Positions 29,008-38,600 of a stretch of 64,000 nucleotides of DNA are shown here, piece after piece. Within the stretch, counting starts at the first letter, position 1. Every line of letters starts with the position of its first letter. The notes under the pieces were generated by a model, which had not been told where the DNA came from, searched no databases, and worked only from the letters and a program-made list of their open reading frames with translations. This DNA comes from a virus: positions 1 to 64,000 of the IMG/VR virus record IMGVR_UViG_3300028027_000047; one strand, given 5' to 3'. Position numbers and translations under genes: made by a program.

Positions 29008-29340
29008 ATGGCAAGTACAGTATATGATGTTGAAGAAATTCAACTAGCAAATGGCGCAACAGTTAAACTTAAGCCTTTAACAATTAAAGAGCTTCGTAAG
29101 TTTATGATAGTCATTCAAAAGACAGCAGAAGTAACATCAGAAGACGAAACACTAACAATTTTAATTGAAGCATGTGCAGTGGCTTTAGAAAAGCAACTCC
29201 CAGAGCTAGTTAAAGATATTGACGCATTTGAAGACACACTTGACGTTCCAACAATCAATCGCATTCTTGAAGTATGCGGAGGAATTAAGATGGACGACCC
29301 AAACCTACTAGCGGCAACAGTACTGGCTGGTCAGAACTAG
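29008..29340 (+). CDS. Tail assembly chaperone (G-like)
   Basis: Lies between major tail and tape measure genes; AGGAGG SD. Confidence 0.85.
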   Translation: MASTVYDVEEIQLANGATVKLKPLTIKELRKFMIVIQKTAEVTSEDETLTILIEACAVALEKQLPELVKDIDAFEDTLDVPTINRILEVCGGIKMDDPNLLAATVLAGQN

Positions 29341-29672
29341 ATTTAGCCGCTTTAGAAGGGGAAGTATTTCTTTTAGGTAATTGGAAAAATTACGAAGAAC
29401 TAGAAGATAGTCTTTCAATGCCAGAGATGGTCCAGACTTTTAAGTCAATGCAAAAAACTGAAGAAGAGAAAAGAAAGTTCTTAGCTTTAATTCAGGGTGT
29501 TGAATTAAATGAAAGCAGTAATCAAAATGGGGAGGGATCAACCTTCGAAGACGTTAGAAGAAGAGCACTTGGTATTAACGCATCAGCAGATGATGTTGTT
29601 TCATTACAAGGTGGCTTTGCAGCGGAAGCTGGATTTGGTGTCGGAGCGGGATTAGGATACTCTATAGAGTAA
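29298..29672 (+). CDS. Tail assembly chaperone -1 frameshift extension (T-like; product G-T = 29008..29672)
   Basis: Slippery heptamer C CCA AAC at 29298-29304. The -1 frame is open (PKPTSGNSTGWSELDLAALEGEVFLLG...) and in frame with the 29418..29672 ORF. Confidence 0.85.
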   Translation, partial: PKPTSGNSTGWSELDLAALEGEVFLLGNWKNYEELEDSLSMPEMVQTFKSMQKTEEEKRKFLALIQGVELNESSNQNGEGSTFEDVRRRALGINASADDVVSLQGGFAAEAGFGVGAGLGYSIE

Positions 29673-29681
29673 CATATATAT

Positions 29682-32600
29682 ATGGCAGATAATATAATAA
29701 CGACCAATATTACAGCCCACGCAGACTTCACGAGCTTAAGAGCTCAGCTAGCTGCGGTTACTGCCCAACTCATAAAACTGCAAGAAACAACAGCGGGAAC
29801 AAACGCAAAACTAGCAAATCAAATTGCTGTAATGAACAAGTCGTTTGCAACAACGCTAACATCAACAGGACAGTTCTCGCAACACTTTGTATCCCTATCA
29901 TCAGACGTAGACAAGTTCGGAAAGAACTTAGATAGAGGCCGTCTCAAGCTCAACGATTATTACAACGCTTGGAGCGGCCATACAAAGAAGACAAGCAATT
30001 TAATTAGAGACTTAGCTAAGCAGCAGGTAATGCTGCAACAGGCTATAGTTCAGCCTGTAGGCAAAAATGCACAAGGACAAATGCAATACAATGTCATGGT
30101 TGCAAAAGGTCTTGATGAAATAAAGAACAAGATGGCTATTGCTCGACAAGAAGCCGCAATAATGAACAAGGTAATGCTTGACGGATCAACAGGTCTTATT
30201 AACTGGGGTAAAAATACTCAATGGGCTGGTCGTCAGCTTACAGTAGGACTAACTGTTCCTTTGGTTATGTTCGGAGCGGCAGCACAAAAAGCATTCAGAG
30301 AAGCAGACGCAGAATTAGTAAGATTAACAAAAGTTTATGGAGGGCTTGCAGCAACTTCATCTGCAGATCTGGCACAGGTAAGAAAAGATGTAACAGCCAC
30401 AGCTAGGGAAATTGCTGGATCCTACGGTGTTGCTTATAAAGAAACAATTGCACTCGCTGCAGACCTAGCAGCAACTGGACAACAGGGTAATGAATTAATC
30501 GCAGCCACACAGCAAACAACTAGACTTGCAGTTCTTGGTGAAGTTGATAGACAAGATGCAATGAAAGCAACTCTTGCTATTCAGAATGCATTTAAGCAAA
30601 ACACAGATGAACTCGCACAATCAATCGATTTCCTTAACGCAGTTGAAAACCAGACTTCCACAAGCCTTGCAGACCTGACAGAAGCTATTCCAAAGGCAGG
30701 GCCTGTAATTAAATCTCTTGGCGGAGATGTAAAAGATTTAGCTCTCTACCTTACTGCAATGAAAGAAGGCGGAGTAAATGCATCAGAAGGTGCAAACGCA
30801 ATTAAGTCAGCAATGGCATCACTTATTAACCCAACTAAAGTTGCAACAGAGCAGTTTGCTGGATTTGGAATTGATCTAAAAGGAATTGTAAATAGTAATG
30901 CTGGAGACTTAACTGCAACAATATTAGAATTGCAAGGAGCTCTAGACAAACTTAATCCTCTAGATAAATCAAGAGCAATTGAACAGCTATTTGGCAAGTT
31001 CCAGTTTGCAAGAATGTCGGCGTTATTTGAAAACCTAGGAAAGTCTGGATCACAAACACTTCAGGTAATGGACTTAATGAAGGCTAGCGTAACAGACCTA
31101 GCAGCAATTTCAGATCGAGAATTAAAGATGATGACAGAATCAGCCTCTGGGCAGTTCAAGAGAGCTTGGGCATCAGTTCAAGCAGACCTAGCTGGCGCAG
31201 GAGAGCAATTCTTAAGAATAAGCACAAAGGTATTAAAAGTTGTCGACTCAATTATAAAGTTTTTCCAGAAGCTTCCAGAGCCAGTTAAAACATTATTAAA
31301 TGTATTAGGAGGTTTCACAGCAATTGCTGGACCTCTTATTATGTTGGCTGGTGTTATGGGCAACTTTATTGGATATGTAATCAAGGGAATATTCCATCTA
31401 AGACAATTAGCAAAGGGTGGGCAAGGATTTAAATTATTAACACCAGAGATCATCGCCGCAGATGCTGCTGCTAAAGGTCTTGCAACATCGTTCTACTCGG
31501 ATACAGAAGCAACTATTGTTTTATCTAATGCAGTAAATACACTTGCAGAATCATTTATAAATCTAGAAGCAAAAGCAAATGCAGCCAAAGTATCTGTTCA
31601 GCCAGCAGTATCAACAGTAGCAGGCGGAGTAATTATGGCAGCAGGACCCGCTGGAAGAATGGTAGATAAAAATAATCCACTAGTTGGTGCACCATATTCT
31701 AGAGATATGTCTCACTTAATTCCATCTGGAAATCCACAGGCAGGAACAATATTTGGAACAGTACCAGGATCAAAGCCAGTAAATATAAGAGTTGGCAGAA
31801 ATCCACAGGCTTATATGGACAGTGATCTACCAAAAATCCCTGGACTAACATCAATAGGAGGAACCTCCACAGGAATTGTTGCAGCAGAAGCTGCAAAATG
31901 GCATGCAATGACAGCCGCTATTGCTATGCAATCTGAAGCAGAGCTTAAGATGCTAAAGGCGGAAGTGATGGCAACAGGAACTGTTACATCAAGCTTATCT
32001 GATTCTTACCAAGCATTGTTGCCAGAGTTTAGCCAGATAACAGACCTTGCAGCAAAAGAAACTGCAGCAATTGTTCAGCAAGTTCAGCAAAGTAAAATAA
32101 CAGTAGAACAAGCTAGAGCAAGAATTATTTCATTAAATGCAACCGTAGAAGCAATGCTTGCAGAAACAACAAGACTAACTGCAGCGGGAATGGGCAGAAC
32201 AGCAAACCTAGGAACAGTACCACTAACCTCTCAGCCAGTAGTAGATCCAGTTACAGGAAAGTCTAATATGAAAGAGATGTTTCATAAAGGACCTACAAAA
32301 GCAATGGTTGATAGAATCGCAAGAGCTCTTGGCGGGGTAAGAACTTCTGGTGCTGGATACAACATAGAAACAACAAAGCCAAAGTTTGCAAAAGGTGGTT
32401 TTGTTCCAGGAACTGGCGACACAGATACATACCATACAACAGCTGAGCCTGGATCATTTGTAATCAATAAAGCTGCTACTGAAAAGCATCTACCATTAAT
32501 AACAAATATTCTTGGAGGCAAATCTTATTATGCACAAGAAGGTGGTCAGGTCCCAGTTGTATTAACACCTGGAGAAGCAGTAATACCAGCGCACATTGCA

Positions 32601-35600
32601 CAAAGAAATATGCCTTTAATGTACGAGCTAAACGGCGGACCAGGAAATACATCTGGGAGCGGTATGCACGAATTTGGTGGAGAAACAGCTTTTGAAAGAA
32701 GTCACGTTTCTGAAGCATCTGCTGCCGATCTAAAAAGAGTACGGGCAACAAGAGGATACGCTAATTCAGTAAGTGTTGGTAGAGGAATTCCGATTTGGAT
32801 GAGCAGAGATGCAAATCAACAAACTCGATCAGTCGGCAGCGGAATGACTGGACCGCAGCTAGCAAAAGAATTTAGAAAAGCAATTGCAGCAGGAAGACAC
32901 CCATTTGAGCCATGGATGACTGCAGCCCAAGGGCTGGGTGGAGATCCAAGAAATAACGCTCAATTTAATAAAGTATTTAACGAAATGCTTAAAAATCTTG
33001 AAAAAGATACAAGAGTATTTGGCGGTAAAAATGGAGTAATGACATTTGAAAAATGGTTTGAAAAAGAAGTAATTGGTTCTAAATCATTTAAAGATATAAG
33101 AGTTGGAGACAGGTCTTTTAGATCAATATTTAATTCAGTGCTACAGCCTATGGGGCCAAGAGATGGAAAGCCTATCGCGGCATTAGAAACGCTTGTTAAA
33201 TCCAGAAATGGTTTAACTACAATTGAAAATTCAAAATTGGCTGGCCTTGCAAAAGGAATGCTTGGAACATTCAGCGGAAGCTCATTTAATGCAAGCAGAC
33301 AAAGACTTGCCATAATGATGTCAAGAGCATTTCTTAAAAGAAATGCTGGAGGATCTATTCCTGGAGGAACTGTAGAAAAGGGAAGATACGGATACGGTAA
33401 GCCTTTCTTTATTGGTATGCCTAAAACTATCAAACAAGTTGAAGAACAAAGAGCAAAAAGAGTTGCAATGGAAAAAGCAAACGAGGCAGTTACCAATTCT
33501 AGATTTGCAAAGACTCCAGTAACTCAATACGGAGAGATGCTATCCCCTACTTCAGGACGCAGCTTCCCTGTTCCAGGAGTTGGCGGACTCTATATGAAGG
33601 GCGATGAAAAAGTATTTGTAAAGCCAGTGTTAGACGAAAGAGCGGCAGTTGCAGAAATGAGAGCAACACAAATTGCTCGTGAGGTTCATGGATTACATGC
33701 TCCAACACAAAAAGTTGTTGTAATGAGAGACCCTACCGATCCAACTGGTAGAAGAAAGCTGTTAGCACTAGAATCTAAATTTGATCCAAAGATTGCAGCG
33801 ACAGATGCTAAGTTTACGACAGACGAATACTTTAGACAGCTAGTTGCATCAGCTTTACGTGGAGATAAAGATTTAGCAAGAGGTAATTTATCTGGAAACA
33901 TACTTTCAGACGTAGGGCCAGCTGGAGTATTCTCAGCAGCTTCTGGCCTCAGAGGATATTCAGCTGTCATGCCGTCAGTAAAAGATCAGGCTTATATAAA
34001 TCTATTAGGAAGAAAAGGCAGCGGAGCTAAGAAATTCTTTGCTGAGTCAACTCATCAAATACCAAAAGGTATGACCGCAGATGAATATCATAGCCGTATG
34101 CTTAAAGAAATTGAAAGCGCTTTGCCAAAGCTTAAGCAGACAGTCTCAAGATTTGATTTAAACCCAGAAGAAAAAGTTGTCTATGAGGCAATGATTAAAA
34201 GACTGTCTGATGCAAGAGGCGTCAATTGGAAAGAGCTTCATGGAATACACTCTGGTTTGCAGATGTCACCAGAAAAACAAATGACACCAGCGGCTATAGC
34301 AAAGATGGTAGCAGCAGATGAACTAAAGCGTAGACAAACTGGTCATTCAGCAAGTCTTTCAGACAATGCATTTAAAACTGATGCAAACGGATTTAGATTT
34401 GGCGGATTGCTTGAAGCATTAACAAAAGGCAAAGCAATGCATAAAATTGGTGCAGGATTTGGAAAAGATTCTACTGGCGGATGGGGAGTAACGTCCTTGC
34501 AAATAGGAATGGCCGAAAAGCTTTTTGGGTCTACTGGACTAACTAAGAGAACTCAAAAAATTCTATACGATAAATTTGCAGCCGAGCTTGCTAAAGAAAT
34601 GCCGTATGGATACTCAAAGAATGCACAAGGACATTTAGTAAAAGCATTAGAGCCAGACATTATGGACTCTGTAATAAGATCCGCAGCCTCATCCACTCTA
34701 TCTGCACCAGAGGGAAGAAAGGTTCTTTCTGTTATAGATAGAGAAATACTTAGAAAGAAGTTTGCAAATTGGGAATCTAAAAAAGATACACCGTTAACAG
34801 AAACTTTAAAACAGTTGGTTTTCGGAATAGAAAAAAGAGAAATGGGCGGACCAGTTAATGCAGGCCAGCCATACATTGTTGGAGAGAAGGGGCCAGAACT
34901 ATTTGTTCCAAGAAATGCTGGTGGAATAATTCCAAATGGATATAAAGCTGGAGGATCTATTCCAAATGGCTTTAGGTTTGGTGGAATAATCCCAATGCTA
35001 AAGCAGCTATTATTATTTTTTGGAATACAGCAAGGTGCAAATTATGCTGGCGATAAAGTTGGCGGAACCAGCGGAGATGCAATTAAACAAGTTGGAAACA
35101 TCCTTCCATACTTGGCTATGGGAAATATGATGAATGCAGGTGCAGGAAAAGGCGCAAGCGTTATGGGCGATAAATTTATAAAAGCAAGAACCCCAATGTT
35201 TGCAGTTGGATCTAATAAAGTTCTTGGTACACCACAGTTAACTAAATACGGAACAATGTTAAGCAAGCTAACTGGAAGCTCAAACCTTTTCAGCAAAGCA
35301 CTCGGAAAATCATTAAGTATATTTACACGATTTAATCTTGCACTCGGCACAGTCGCTACAGTAGGAAAGATTGCGTGGGATAGATGGCAGGCTCACAAAG
35401 AAGCCCTTAGACTAAATGCATTAGGATATGGCATGACTGCAGAAGCTGCAGAAAAAGCAGGCCTTAAGTTTACAAACTTTAATGACAAAATCAAAGAAGC
35501 GATCAATAATGCAAAGGCATTGAAAGAAAGAAATACTCTTTTATACGAAAGCATGCAAGGGTCTGGAACACCTATAGATGTAACTATTGAGGAGTATAAA

Positions 35601-38600
35601 AAGTTAAAAAAAGAAGTTAAAACTAATTATTCTGATCAAGTAGATTTAATTAATCAAACAGTTGATAAAGATCCAGAAAAACAAGCACAAAAACAAAGAG
35701 AGCTTGCCATAAGACTTAAAGAACAGTTAATTGCTATGGGCATGTCAGCAGAAGATGCGGCTAAAAAGATATATACGATGTACGCATTATCAGACCAGTC
35801 AGCAAATGCCGCTGCCTACACAGTTCGATCACAAGGATTTAATGACATAAAGGATACAGCGTCTGCTGCAGCATCTGCAATTGATAGTTTGACTACTGCA
35901 ATGGCAACTAACCGTAATGCCACAGAACAAGCAAATCAGCTAAATACTGCAATGATGGCTTTGTCTACGGATGTCGAGTCTAGACAAGCAAAAGCTTTAA
36001 AGGAAGCACGTAAAAAAGCAGCTAAGGATGGAACATACTTTTCAAGTGGTCAAGAAAAGCAATTAATGCTTGATCAAGAAAAAATTGCTATTGACGAAAT
36101 TAATAGACAAGTTAAAGATCAAGTTTACTTAACCAAAGAGGTCGTTGATGAGATGGCAAAAATTGACCCATCAATTAGACAAATAGTTAACGAGCAAGAA
36201 ACTGCTTTATCTTTATGGCAAAAAACAAGAATTCAGGTTAAGGGATACACGGGAGACTTAAGAGCCCTTAACGCAGAGCAGACAAATGATCTTTATAACC
36301 TTCAGATATCTTTAGGTAAAAAAGTTGAATCTGCCAACAGAGAAGGCGTATTGAAAAAGCAATATGCTGATCTAGACAGAATGTTACAGCTTCAGGCAAA
36401 ATATCAAAAGGCAGCAAGAGGACAATCTGTAGCAGATCAAATATCAGATAGAGATAAGATTGCTTCACTTCAAAAACAAATAGATGCAAACAATAAGCTT
36501 GCAGATGCAAGACTTAAGGCGCTAGATGCAGCAAAGCAAGAAGGCGATATAGGAAGAGAGATTGCAAAGAAGCAGGCAGAATATGATGCCGCACTTGCAA
36601 CTGGAAACATTGCTGGTGCTCAACAAGCAAGCCTTGATATACAAGGATACCAAAGTGAGCTTCAATATAACGCACAGAAAAAATCAATTGAAGATTCAAA
36701 TATTCTAAAGAATGTTCCACTTCAAAAACTAATTGAAGCCATACAGAGCAAGCAGCAAGGAATCTCAGACAATGCTCAATTAGCAGGAGAAAAGCTTGGG
36801 GATCTAAGTGGCAAAATTACTAATGCAGAAAGTTCTATTTCAGCAATAAATACTGCAATGCTTAATTGGCAAATTGAATTGCTAAAGCAGCCAGAAGCAA
36901 CAAGAGGCGCTTGGAAGTCAAGCGAAGCATCAAAGAAGATGCTCGCAGCAGTTGCTGACGCAGCAGAAAAAGCTGGAGTTAAACTTAATGGATTAAAAGA
37001 TCTAGACTTAGGCGCTGCAGTGGTTGCTAGCCTTGAAGGCAAGCTTGGCGCAATGAGCACTATAGATGTTAAAGGAAATGTTAGCATCTATGTCGATGGC
37101 AAAAAGTTTGAAATTGGTGGAAGAGGATCTGGAACAAAAGATGCTCCTTATGATTTAGGAAAAGCTGGTGTCGGAACAAACACGATCAGTAAAACAACTT
37201 TGGCAGATTGGTCAGGTCTTGGCGGGTTTGGTAAGTTAGGAACTAGACAAAAGGTTAAGAACATTGCAGAAGAAAGAGGAATTTTGCCTGGACAATTTTT
37301 CTCATTAACTGATAAAGATGAAAAAGTATTTGTATACAAGATGGACGACAGGGGCCAGATAATTGAAGTAACTGATCCTTACAAAAAAGCAGATGGTGGA
37401 CATATTAGGGGAGCAGGAACTGCAACATCTGATTCTATCCCAGCCTACTTATCAAATGGTGAATATGTAATTAAAGCAGACTCCGTAGCTAAGTATGGAG
37501 TAGACACATTTGATGCATTAAATGCTGGCAAGTATGCACAAGGTGGCCCTATAAATCCAACCCCTCAATCTAAGCATAATAGCTCATTTGGAACTGGCAC
37601 ATCAAATATAAATGTAAACATGCAGGGCGGAAAGCTAATGGGCCCAATAGAGGCATGGCAAGATGCTAATAAGCAGGTTATTAAAATTGAAGTTCCACCA
37701 ATCACAGCTAATTTTGCTACAAACTCTTACACATTAAATAAAGAGCAAAGACTAGAACTTCAGGCAATCGCTAAAGATCTTATTAAACATAAGCTGGCAT
37801 CAATAGTTGTTCAAGGACACACAGACTCTGTAGGTAAAGGAAAAGACAACAAGATCCTTTCACAAAATAGAGCAAATGCTATTGCAGAATATATGTCAAA
37901 GTTTGTTCCTGGTACAGCATTTACGCCAGTGGGATACGGGGAGTACAGACCTCTTGTTCCAAATACAACTGCCGAGAACAGAGCCAGAAACAGAAGAGCA
38001 GAATTATTCCTGCCTGATAAATACAAAACAATTTATCCAGAGTTTATTCCAGAAAAGCATAAAAACTTTTTAAGTAAAGGCAAAATAGAAGGCGGCGGAA
38101 GCATTGGTCCAAGCGGCGGAAGCATTGGTCCAAATGGTACATTAGTTTCTGGCGGATCTATGGAGTCTGTTATTGACTGGGGCAAGCTATTTAAGAAAGT
38201 TAAAAAAGCTATTGGTTTCCACACAGGCGGCGAAGTGGGTCATCGTCACGGAAGAAATCTGCCGAAGACTAAGAGTAAGTATAAGACAGTAGATCAATAC
38301 CGTGAAGAAAATGGCATTGGCTCTCCAAATGCTGTGACACCAAATGGCAACACGTCAGGTATGCAACCTGGGGATAAATGGAATAATAGACATCTAACCG
38401 AATCATTTATAAAACTAATGCTTACCAGTGCAATGCCAGGATCTTCATTGCTTAATCTCTTGCCAAAAAATATAACAAATTCTATGGTAGATCCAGCGTA
38501 CTCAATTTTAGGGCAGCCATTTGAAGAAATATTTGCAGGAAGCGGAACCAAGGGAGATTGGTTAAATGCAGGCTTAACCTTTATTCCATTTGGAAAACTT

